NCBI GenBank assembly: GCA_965219585.1
Contig: CBDCOA010000003.1
Span: 2,001,375 to 2,065,374 of the forward strand
Direction of reading: 5' to 3'
From: Bryobacterales bacterium
Lineage (GTDB): Bacteria > Acidobacteriota > Terriglobia > Bryobacterales > UBA6623
DNA: 64,000 bases
Of this stretch, positions 11,699-23,600 are shown in pieces. The position numbers were made by a program, and so were the translations under genes. The notes below the pieces were generated by a model. That model ran no database searches and was not told the origin of the DNA. It saw nothing but the letters and a program-made list of their open reading frames with translations. Every line of letters starts with the position of its first letter. The first letter of the stretch is position 1.

Positions 11699-14600
11699 GT
11701 TGACGAAGTACGAACGGCTTTCCAGGAAACTTCTGGCCGAACTGAACCTTCGCAAGGAGGAAATCGCCCAATTCAGGCAGCCGATCGCGATTGTCGGCAT
11801 GGCCTGCCGATTCCCCGGCGGAGAGGGGCTTGCGTCCTACTGGCGGCAGCTGGAGGAAGGCCGTTGCACGGTGACGGAGGGCCGTCCCGGTTCAGTCGCG
11901 GGCGCGCCCATCGTCGGCTCGCGGCCGGGTTCGGAGGCCCAGGACGCTCGCCGGTGGGGGTCCTTTGTCCGCGAGATCGATCGTTTCGACGCCGACTTCT
12001 TCCGGATCGCCCCGGTAGAAGCCCGGCTGCTCGACCCGCAGCAGCGGATGCTGCTGGAAACGAGCTGGCACGCGCTGGAGGAGGCCGGGATCGATCCGTC
12101 ACGCCTAGTGGAGACGCGGACCGGAGTGTACGCCGGAATCTCGACCAGCGATTATCGAGCTCTATTGGCGGCGGGCGGCGAACAGGATTCGGGGCTGTAC
12201 GCGGTTTCCGGCGTCAGTGGCAGCACCGCGATCGGGCGCGTTGCCTTTGTCCTGGGATTGCAAGGGCCGGCGATCGCCGTGGACACAGCTTGCTCGTCAT
12301 CGCTGGTGGCGTTGCATCAAGCCTGCGTCGCGCTGCAGCAGGGCGAGGCTGACCTTGCGCTGGCCGGCGGGGTCAACGCGATTCTGGCGCCGAGTGTGAC
12401 AGAAGCCACGTCGAAGGCAGGGATGCTCGCGCCCGACGGGCGCTGCAAGACATTCGACGCATCCGCGAATGGCTTTGTCCGCGGCGAGGGTTGCGGAATC
12501 GTGGTCTTGAAGCGTCTTGCGAACGCGGAGGCCGATGGCGACCGGATCTGGGCGGTGATCCCCGGATCAGCGGTGAACCATGACGGAGCAAGCGCAGGCT
12601 TGACCGTGCCGAACGGGCCCGCGCAGGAGAAGGTGATCGCCGAGGCCCTAGCCCGGGCGGGGCTAGAGCCCGCCGATGTCGACTATCTGGAGGCGCACGG
12701 GACCGGAACAGAGCTCGGAGATCCGATCGAGGTGCATGCGGCCTCTTCCGCGTACGGTTCAGGCCGCAGGGCCGGCCGACCCCTGCTGATCGGGTCCGTC
12801 AAGACAAACATTGGCCACTTGGAGTCGGCCGCGGGAGTCGCGGGGCTGATCAAGGTCGTGCTGTCCATGGACCGAGGGGTCATACCGAAGCACTTGCACT
12901 TCAGGAACCCGAATCCGCGCATCGCGTGGGAACACCTGCCTGTGGAGGTCACATCGGAGGCACTGCCCTGGCCCTCGTTCGCGGATCGGCCATGGCGTGC
13001 CGGATTGAGCTCGTTCGGATTCTCCGGGACCAACGCCCACATGCTCATCGAGGCATACGGCCGTCCCCGCGGACGCAGTGCCCAGACCAAGCCTTCGTTC
13101 TCGAAGCGAGGCTTGGCGGTGGATGTTCCGGTGAGCCTGCCTGCCCAGGCGCCGGCACTGGCCGCGGGACAAGGACCCCTGGCGCCGCGCGAACAGCGGT
13201 TGCTGCCGTTGTCGGGAAGGTCATCGAAGGCGGTGCGAGAGCTGGCGAGCCGCTACCTGGCGTGGCTGCAAGGCCGGGAGAGCGAGGCATTGGGCGAGGA
13301 GGAGTCGCAGGCCCTGCTGGCAGACATGGCCTGGACGGCGGGGCTGGGCAGGACCCATTTCGACCGCCGGGCCGGACTGGTGTGCGGGGATCTCGCGGAA
13401 CTGCGGTCCGGCTTGGAGGAAGTGGTCGCGGGCCGCGAGATCGCGCGGGCCGCTCAGGAGCCGCAGGTAGCGTTCGTCTTCACGGGCCAGGGCAGCCAGT
13501 GGGCCGGCATGGGGCGCTGGCTGTACGAGCGGGAGCCGGTGGCACGGGCCGTGCTGGACCGCTGCGAGCAGGTGATGCAGGAGTTGCGGGGTGCATCGCT
13601 GCTGGATGTGATGTTCGGCGAGCCGGCGGCGGGGAGCTTGGACGAGACGGAGTGGACGCAGCCGACGCTGTACGCGCTGGAGTGCGCGCTGGCGGCGCAG
13701 TGGGCAAGCGTGGGCGTCCGGCCGGCGGCCGTGCTGGGGCACAGCGTGGGGGAAATCGCGGCGGCGCAAGCAGCGGGGGTGTTCGGCCTGGAGGACGGGC
13801 TGCGGTTCGCGGCAGCGAGGGGCGAGTCGATGGGATCGCTGCCGACGGAAGGTCCGGCGGCCGGGGCCATGCTGGCGGTGTTCGCTCCGCAGCAGCGGGT
13901 GGCCGAGGCCCTGGCGGAGCACAACGCGGGCGCGGCGGGAGCGGGGCTGAGCCTAGCGGCGGATAACGGCACGCACCGGGTGGTGAGCGGGCCGCGGGCA
14001 GAGCTTGAGGCTATCGCAGAGCACTTCGAGCCGGCGGGAGTGCGGGTGGCCTGGCTGAACACCAGCCACGCATTTCACAGCGCCCTGATGGATCCGGCGT
14101 TGGCCGACATCGAGGGGGCTCTGGAAGCGGTGGCGCTACGGTCGCCTGCGGTGCCGCTGGTGAGCAACGTGGCCGGCCGCGCGATGCGCGCGGGCGAGCA
14201 GCTGGACGGGGCGTACTGGCGGCGGCAGGCGCGGGAGCCGGTGGCGTTCGCGGCAGGCGTGGCGGCTTTGGCGGAGATTGGCGCGGAGGTGGTGATCGAG
14301 ATCGGCCCTCAAGCGGTCCTGGGGCCGCTGGTAGAGCAAGCGTGGCCGGCGGGCAACGCCGGGGGGGCCGAGTCAAGGCCGGCGGTACTGGGGAGCCTGC
14401 GGCGGGAGGAGGGCGCGGCAGGCGGCTTTGCAGCAGCCGCGGCCGCTGCCTACGAGGCTGGCGTGGCTGTCAGTTTCGAGCATCTGTTCGCGGGCGAGAG
14501 CCGCCGACGGGTGTCCCTGCCGGTGTATCCGTTCCAGCGCGAGAGGTTCTGGGTCGATCCGCTCCAGCGGCCGACAGCGGGAGAGGGCCACGCGCTGCTG

Positions 14601-17600
14601 GGCGCGCGGCGCGAGTCGGCTCGAGGCGGGCTGACGTTCGAGACCGAGATGTACAGCTCGGCCCCGGCGTGGTTGGGGGATCACCGGGTGTTCGGCATGG
14701 TGGTGGCGCCCGGCGCCCTGTACGGCGTGCTGGGCGTGGAAGTGGCGGCATCGGCGGCCGGCGAGGGCGCGGCGGTGCTGGAGGACCTGCAATTGCACGA
14801 GCCCCTGGTGTGGGCCCAAGAGACTCCGGATGGGGTGGCTGGCGGCGAGGGGCGCAGCGTACAGGTATTCGTCGACGGGGACGAGGGGGCCTCGCCCCGG
14901 GTCGTCGAGGTCTACAGCCGAGCAGGATCGGAGGCGGCGTGGCAGTTGCACGCCACGGCACGTGTCCTGCGGGGCCGGGCGGACACGGGCGGGGCGATCG
15001 ATCCGAAGGCCCTCAGGGAGGGCCTGTCGAGCGTGGATTCGGCGGATTTCTACCGCGGCGTCGCGGAGAGAGGCATTGAGTACGGCGCGCTCTTCCGGGG
15101 GCTGGCGGCGGTCTGGTCCGGGCCAGGGGAGGCTCTCGGCGAAGTGGTGCTCCCGCCGGAGGCGGACCGGGGCGAGATGTGGCTGCACCCGGCCCAGCTG
15201 GATGCGTGCTTCCAAGTGGTTGGCACCACGGGAGGTGACGACGGGGACAGTGCCGCGGATACCTTCATGCCATTCGGATGGGAGCGCTTGTGGCTGGCCG
15301 GACCGCTGCCCGACCGCGTGCTGTGCCACGCGCGGACACGGCAGGCGAGGGGGGCGGGGGGAGCCGGCGCTGAAGCCTCCGAAGTTCAAGTTGTCGATCT
15401 AGGGTTGTACGACCAGCAGGGCATGCCTCTGGGCGGAGTCAGCGGGCTGGTCCTGAAACGGGCGACGCGGGCAGCGTTGCTGTCGGCCGTCGAAGGCGTG
15501 GATGACCTGCTGTACGAGGTGGTGTGGCGGGAGCGGCCGCAGCTGGGCGGCCCGCAGTCGGCGGATTTCCTGGCGGCCCCGGGCGTGGTGGGCGAACTCA
15601 GGGGAAGCTTTGCCGAGAACCTCGAAGCGGAAGGCGCGGCCCTGGAGTCCTGGGACGATTTGCTGGCGGGCTTGGCGCAATTGTCGCAGTCGTACGCCCT
15701 GGCGGGGATGGATGCCTTGGGCTGGCATCGCGAGACGGGCGCGATTGTCGAGCCAGAGCCGTTGCGGCGTCAGCTCCGCGTGGTTGCGGACCACCGGCAG
15801 CTCTTCCGGCGACTGCTGGAGATGCTCGAGCAGGCCGGGATCTTGCAGGCGCAGGCAACGGAATCCCCCAGCTGGGTGGTGACCGCCGGTTCGGGCGAGC
15901 CCCTGCCCGAGGGCGTGGCGGAGAACCCCCGGGCCCTTGGAGCGGAGCTCTTGGAGCGGCACCCGGCCGGATCGCAAGAACTGGGTCTGCTCATGCGCTG
16001 CGGGGATGCGCTGGCAGACGTGCTGGCGGGGCGGGTGGAACCGCTGGAGTTGCTGTTCGGCGGCGAAGATTCCGGGGCAGCGGGCTTGTACCACCACTCG
16101 CCGGGGATGCGGGCGGCGAATCGCACGCTTGGCGCCGCGGTTGGCTTGCTGGCGGCAGGCCTGCCGGAGCGGCGGCGATTGCGGGTCTTGGAAGTCGGGG
16201 CCGGCACGGGCAGCGCTACGGCGCAGGCGCTCCAGACGCTGCCGAAAGGTCGATTCGAGTATCTCTACACGGATATCTCGGCGGGGTTCTTTGCCGAGGC
16301 AGAAGAGCGGTTCGGCGCGGAGCACGCGGGGATCGACTACCGCGTGCTGGACATCGAGGCGGATCCGGAAGTGCTGGGCCTGGACGCGCACGGGCACGAC
16401 TTGATCATTGCGGCGAACGTGTTGCACGCGACCCGGGACCTGGAGAAGACGCTGGAAAATTGCCGCAGGCTGCTGGCGCCGGCCGGGCTGCTGGTGGCAT
16501 TGGAAACGTTCCGCCCCCAAGAGTGGATGGACCTGACGTTCGGGTTGTTGGAGGGCTGGTGGCGGTTCTCGGACCGGTACCGGAGCGAGCACGCAATGGC
16601 GGGAGAGGCCGCGTGGCGGCAGGCCTTGAAGGACGCCGGCTTCGGCGATGCCGAGGTGCTGCAGGGCTGTGTCGGAGATGTGGTCTGGCAGGGCGTGATC
16701 GTGGCGCGGGGGCCGCTCGAAGTGGACGAAGCGCCGGGCTTGTGGGTGCTGGCAGGGAACGGATCGGAGTTGGTTCAAGAACTGGCCGGGCGGCTGGCGA
16801 CACGCAACCAGACGGTGGTTGTGGCCGGTCCGGGGACGCGGCCCGAGGCATCGCCGCATGCGCGGATCACGAGCGCTGACGTGGACCCGGCGAAGCGGGA
16901 GGCCTGGCGTGCGCTGCTGGAGGGCCTGCCCGCCGACGCCCGCTTGCGGGGAGTGGTTCACTTGGGGGCCTTGGACGAGCGTGGGAATGCGGTCACGGCG
17001 GCCGAATTGGCGGAATGCACGGCCCGCATCGGAAAAAGTGCGCTGGCGCTGGTGCAAGGCTTGCAGGACGCGGGGGCGGAGCCTCTCGACGGCTTGTGGT
17101 TCGTGACGCGCGGCGGCCAGGTGGTCAAGCGCGACCAGGGTGGCGAGCTGGCAGGAGCGACGCTGTGGGGCTTGGGCAAGGCGGTGGCCTTGGAGGCGCA
17201 CCAGCTGCGGCCCCGCATGGTGGACCTGGACCCGCGGGAGCCGGAGCCCTTGGGCAGGCTGGTGGATGAGCTGCTGCACGCCGACCGCGAGACGCACGTT
17301 GCGCACCGGGGCGCGGCCCGCTACGCGGCCCGCCTCGCGCGCAGCGCCGGGACAGGACGGCTTGGCCTGCCCGGGGAGCCGGGCTGGCGATTGGCACGTC
17401 CCGCCGGCGGCGAGCTGGACGCCCTCGGGATCGAGCCGGCCGGGCTGGCGGCGCCGGGCGCCGGCGAGATCCGCGTGGCGGTGGCTGCGGCGGGGCTGAG
17501 CCTTCACGACGTCCTGATCGCGATGGGCACCGTGGATCAAGCAAGCCCCCTGGGCACCGAGTTTTGCGGCCGTGTGGTTGCGATCGGCCCAGGCGTCACC

Positions 17601-20600
17601 GCCGTGTCCGTCGGCGACCGGGTGATCGGACTAGCGGCGGGAGCCTACGGTCCCGAGGTCGTCACCAGCCAGGAACTGGTCGCGAAAGCCCCCGGCGAAT
17701 TCCCGGCAGCGGCATTGGCGACGATCCCGGCAGCGTTCGTGACGGCGGCGCTGGCGTTGGAACTGGGCGGCCTCGAGGCTGGCCAGAGAGTGCTGGTGCA
17801 CACCGGGGCCGGGGATGTGGGCCTGGCGGCGATCCAACTGGCGCGCGCGGCGGGCGCGGCGGTGTTCGCGACGGCAAGCACCGAGAAGCTCGCCCACTTG
17901 CGGTCACTGGGCGTCGAGCAGGTGTTCGACAGCCAACCCGCGGCGTTCGGCCAAGAAGTGCTCGCAGTCACCGCGGGAGCCGGCGTCGAAATGGTGCTGA
18001 GCAGCCTGACGGGGCCGGGCTTCATCGAGGCGAGCCTGACGTGCCTGGCGCAGGGCGGCCGGTTTGTCGAGATCGCGGGTCGCGACACTTGGAGCGCTGA
18101 ACAGATGGCCGAGGCCCGGCCGGACGTGGGCTACCACACGCTGGCCGTGGATCGACTCGTGAGCGAGGAGCCGGAAAGGGTCGGGGCCCACCTGAGGGTC
18201 GTCGCACAGGGGATGGAAAACGGGGCGCTGGTGCCGCTGCCGCACAGCGCATGGCCGCTGGCGGAGGCGGGAGGGGCCATGGAGTACTTCCGGTCGGAGC
18301 GTCCCGTCGGAAAGGCCGTGCTAACACTGCCGCGGCTGGTGACCGGGGGACTGCGCGAGGACGGGACATACCTAATCACCGGCGGGCTGGCAGGGATCGG
18401 ATTGCTGGCGGCCGGCTGGCTGGCGGACAACGGGGCGCGTTGGATCGTGCTGAACGGCCGGCGTGAGCCCGGCCCCGAAGCGGAGGCGGCGATCGCGGGT
18501 CTGCGGGAGCGGGGAGTCGAGGTGCGCGTGGAGTTGGCGGACGTGGCCGACTCGGCGGCGGTGGACGGCATGCTGGAGCGGATCGGAGCCACGATGCCGC
18601 CGCTGGCAGGAGCGATTCACAGCGCGGGCGTGCTCGCGGACGCATCGCTGGCCAACCAGGGCTGGGAGCGGTTCGAAAAGGTAATGGGGCCGAAGGTGCT
18701 CGGGGCCTGGCACCTGCACCGGGCGACCTTGGGCCGGGATCTGGACCTGTTCGTTCTGTTCTCGAGCCTCACGGGCGTTCTGGGGAACGCTGGCCAGGCG
18801 AACCACGCGGCGGCGAACGCCTTCTTGGACCAGCTGGCACGGCACCGGCAGTCGCTGGGCTTGCCCGGCCAGTCGATTGCGTGGGGGCCTTGGTCGGAGG
18901 TCGGCGAGGCCGAGGAACAGCGCTCGCGGATCGCGGAGCGCCTGGCAGCGACCGGTCTGGGCTGGATCGTTCCGCGCCGGGGCATGCGGGCTCTCGACAG
19001 GCTGCTGCGGCAAGACGTGGTGAGCGGGACCGTGCTGTCCGTGGATTGGCCGCGGTTCGGTTCTCGGCTGCCTGCCAGGCAGTCTCTGCTGGAGGAACTC
19101 GTCGCTCCCAGGGCAGCTGCGCAGAGCGCGGCCGCCAAGGTCGATCTCGTGGAGCGCCTGAGGACGGTGCCGGCTCGCGAGCGGGAAGGGTTGCTGGCCG
19201 GCTTCCTGCAGGGCGAGCTCCAGGCCGTGCTGCGGCTGGCTTCCCCGCCAGAGGTGACATCCGGGTTCTTCGACCTTGGGATGGACTCGCTGATGGCCGT
19301 GGAACTGAGGAACCGGCTGAACCGGGCGTTTCGCGGGGAGTACAAGGCTTCGAGCACGGCGGTGTTTGACTTTCCCGACATCAAGAGCCTGGCCGAGCAC
19401 TTGGCGGCAGAGCTCGGGGAAACCGAGGCTGCCTCGACGGAGCGGGAGCGGCCGGTGCCAGCGCAGGCGCTGGAGGGCGGAATCGCGATCGTCGGAATGG
19501 CGTGCCGGTTCCCGGGAGCGCGGGACCTGTCGGAATTCTGGGATGAGCTCGAGGGGGCTGGATGGGCCGTGACGCCCGGTCGACAAGGTTCCGCGGTGGG
19601 GCCGACGGAAGACGACTTTCCGGAGAGCCTGGGCGAACACGACGCTCGCCGCTGGGGCGCGTTCGTCGACGAGATAGACCAGTTTGACGCGGAGTTCTTC
19701 CGCATCGCGCCCGTGGAGGCGGAGTTGCTGGACCCGCAGCAACGCCTGTTGCTGGAGACAAGCTGGCTCGCGCTGGAGGAGGCGGGAATCGACCCGGGCC
19801 GGCTGAAGGGCGGCCGCAGCGGGGTTTATGCGGGGATCTACACCAACGACTACTCGGAGCTCATTGACCGCGCGGGGCGCAGGACGACCGACTTGTACGT
19901 GGCAACCGGCAACTCGGCCAGCACGGCGATCGGGCGAGTGGCATTCGCGCTGGGGCTGGAAGGGCCGGCGATGGCCATTGACACGGCCTGCTCGTCATCC
20001 TTGGTCGCGGTCCACCAAGCGGCGGTGGCGTTGCAGAGGGGGGAGGCGGACCTGGCGTTGGCGGGAGGCGTGAACGCGATCCTGACGACGACCGGCAGCG
20101 AACTCTTGGCCAAGGGAGGGCTGTTGGCTCCGGACGGGCGCTGCAAGACATTCGACGGGTCGGCGGACGGGTTTGTGCGGGGCGAGGGATGCGGGGTCGT
20201 GGTGCTGAAGCGCCTGCGCGAAGCGGAGGCGGACGGGGACCGCATCTGGGCAGTGATCCGGGGGTCGGCGGTGAACCAGGACGGGGCGAGCGCGGGCCTG
20301 ACGGTGCCGAACGGGCCGGCGCAGGAGCGTGTGATCGGAGACGCGCTGGCGCGGGCGGGGCTGGAACCAGCCGAGGTCGACTATCTGGAGGCACACGGGA
20401 CGGGGACAGAACTGGGCGATCCGATCGAGGTGCAGGCCGCGGCAGCGGTCTACGGGCGCGGACGGGCGCCAGATCGACCGCTGTTGATGGGATCGGTGAA
20501 GACCAACATCGGCCATCTGGAGGCAGCCGCGGGCATTGCCGGCCTGATCAAGGTCGCGCTGTCGATGGAACGCGGAGTGCTGCCGCGGCACTTGCATTTC

Positions 20601-23600
20601 GAGAAGCCGAGTCCGCGCATCGACTGGGACGCGCTGCCGGTGGAGGTGGCCGCGGAGGCTAGGCGCTGGCCGGCGACGCCGGGCCGACCGGTGCGGGCGG
20701 GGGTGAGTTCGTTCGGGCTCTCGGGAACGAATTCCCACGTAGTGCTGGAGGCGCCCGATCGCGACGGGAAAGGCCCCAGGGACCGCGCAGCCACGGCAGA
20801 ATCTGAGAGTGGCGGATCGCGGGAGCGGCTGTTGCCGTTGTCGGGAAGGTCGCCGAGGGCGGTGCGGGAGCTGGCGGGCCGCTACCTGTCGTGGCTGCGA
20901 GACCGCGACGGCGAGGCATCGGGCGAGCAGGAGTCGCGGTCCCTGCTGGCAGACATGGCTTGGACGGCAGGTCTGGGCAGGAGCCATTTCGACCATCGGG
21001 CCGGACTGGTGTGCGCTGATCTCGCGGAACTGCGGTCCGGGCTGGAGGCGGTGGTCGCGGGCCGCGAGATCGCGCGGGCCGCCCACGGGCCGCAAGTGGC
21101 GTTCGTCTTCACCGGCCAGGGCAGCCAGTGGGGCGGCATGGGGCGCTGGCTGTACGAGCGGGAGCCGGTGGCGCGGGCCGTGCTGGAGCGCTGCGAGCAG
21201 GCCATGCAGGAGTTGCGCGGGGCGTCGCTGCTGGACGTGATGTTCGGGCGGCCGGGGGCGGCCGGGGATTTGGACGACACCGGCTGGACGCAGCCGGCGC
21301 TGTACGCGCTGGAGTGCGCGCTGGCGGCGCAGTGGGCCAGCGTGGGAGTGCGGCCGGCGGCGGTGCTGGGGCACAGCGTCGGGGAGATCGCGGCGGCGCA
21401 CGTGGCGGGAGTGTTCGGCCTGGAGGACGGCCTGCGGTTCGCGGCAGCGAGGGGCGAGTCGATGGGATCGCTGCCGGTGGAAGGGGAGGCGTCCGGGGCC
21501 ATGCTGGCGGTGTTCGCTCCGCAGCAGCGGGTGGCCGAGGCGCTGGCGGAGCACGGCGGAGGCGCGGCGGAAACGGGGCTGGGCGTGGCGGCGGAGAACG
21601 GCACGCACCGGGTGGTGAGCGGGCCGCGGGCCGCGCTGGAGGCACTGGCGGAGCGCTTCGAGCTGGCGGGAGTGCGGGTGGCACGGCTGAACACCAGCCA
21701 CGCATTTCACAGCGCCCTGATGGACCCGGCGCTGGACACCATCGAGGGGGCGCTGGAGGCCGTAGAGCTGGGGACGCCTGCGGTGCCGCTGGTCAGCAAC
21801 GTGACCGGCCGGGCGCTGCGCGCGGGCGAGCGGATGGACGGGGCGTACTGGCGGCGCCAGGCGCGGGAGCCGGTGGCGTTCGCGGCAGGCGTGGCGGCCT
21901 TGGCGGAGATTGGCGCGGGGCTGGTGGTCGAGATCGGCCCGCAAGCGGTCCTAGGGCCGTTGGTGGAGCAGGCGTGGCCGGCGGGGAACGGCGGCGGGTC
22001 CGGCTCCAAGCCGGCAGTGCTGGCGAGCCTGCGGCGGGAGGAGGGCGCGGCAGGCGGCTTCGCAGCGGCCGCGGCCGCTGCGTACGAAGCGGGCGCGGCT
22101 GTCCACTTCGAGGGCTTGTTCGCGGGCGAGAGCCGGCGGCGAATGTCCCTGCCGGGGTACCCGTTCCAGCGCGAGCGGTTCTGGGTCGAGCCGCCGAAGC
22201 GACGGATCGCGGGCGGCGGCCATGCGCTGCTGGGCGTGCGGCACGAGGCGGCACGAGGCGGGGTCACGTTCGAGACCGAGATGTACAGCTCGGACCCGGC
22301 GTGGCTGGAGGAGCATCGCGTCTTCGGCATGGTGGTCGCTCCGGGCGCCCTGTACGGCGTGATGGGCGTGGAGGTGGCAGCCACGCAGAGCGGCGCGGGC
22401 GCGGCGGCGCTGGAGGACCTGCAATTGCACGAGCCGCTGGTGTGGGACCAGGCGCGGCCGGATGGGGCGGCTGGCGGCGATGGGCGCAGCGTGCAGGTGT
22501 TCGTCGACGGCGCGGCGGGGTCCTCTGGCCGAGTCTTCGAGGTTTACAGCCGAGGGGGAGCGGAGAGCGCGTGGCGGTTGCACGCCACGGCACGCGTGCG
22601 GCGGGGCCAGGCGGACACGGGCCGGGCGATCGACCCGCAGTCCCTGCGGACGGGCTTGTCGGGCGTGGACTCGACGGATTTCTACCAGAGCATCGCTGAA
22701 AGAGGCATTGAGTACGGCCCGCTCTTCCGGGGGCTTGCGGCGGTCTGGACCGGGCCCGGGGAGGCCCTCGGCGAGGTGGTGCTCCCGCCGGAGGCAGGCC
22801 GGGACGGAATGTGGATGCACCCTGCCCAGCTGGATGCGTGCTTCCAGGTGGTTGGCGCCGCGGGAAGAGACAGCGGGGAGAGCGGCGCGGATACCTACAT
22901 ACCGTTCGGATGGGAGCGCTTGTGGCTTTCTGGCCCCCTGCCCGGGCAGCTGTTGTGCCACGCGCGAACACGGGAGGCCGGGCATGCCGCAGGTGCCGGT
23001 TCCGAGGCCGCCCAGACGCTGGTGGCTGATCTTGACCTGTACGACCAGCGGGGCATGCCGCTGGGCGGAGTCAGCGGGCTGGTTCTGAAACGGGCCACGC
23101 GGGCAGCGCTGCTCTCGGCCGTCGAAGGCGTGGACGACCTGCTGTACGAACTGGTGTGGCGGGAGCGGCCGCGGATCGGCGGGCCGCAATCAGCGGACTT
23201 CCTCGCGGCACCGGCTGCGGTGCGGGGACTCGCGGGGAGCTTTGCCGAGTGGCTTGCGGCGGGAGGCGTCCCGCTGGCGTCTTGGACCGCCTTGGAGGGC
23301 GGGCTGGAGCAGTTGTCACGCTCGTACGCCATGGCCGCCTTGGAGGCCTTGGGCTGGCGGCGCCGGAAGGGGTCGGTCGTGGACCCGTCGCGGTTGCGGA
23401 GGCAGCTGAAGGTGGTGGCCGACCACCGGAAGCTGTTCAGCCGCCTGCTGGGGATGCTGGCGGAGGCCGGGCTACTGCAGGCAAGGGCGGCGGATTTGCC
23501 GGGCTGGAGCGTGGCCGTCGGCGCGAGGGAGGACCTGCCGGAGGACCTCGTGGAACCGCGGGAGCTCGCGAGGCTGTTGCGCGAGCGGCATGCGCACGGC

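Noticed and set aside
7586-21944. Very long antisense or off-frame ORFs inside the PKS. Examples: 7586..10060(-) 824 aa, 10148..11800(-) 550 aa, 15399..17540(-) 713 aa, 19995..21944(-) 649 aa, 16..465(+), 21128..22699(+), and many more across 1-45 kb.
   Set aside because: Their translations are Arg/Pro/Ala/Gly-rich low-complexity strings with no recognisable motifs. They lie entirely within frames that carry dense, ordered PKS domain motifs. They are the stop-codon-poor shadow frames expected in 70%+ GC DNA.
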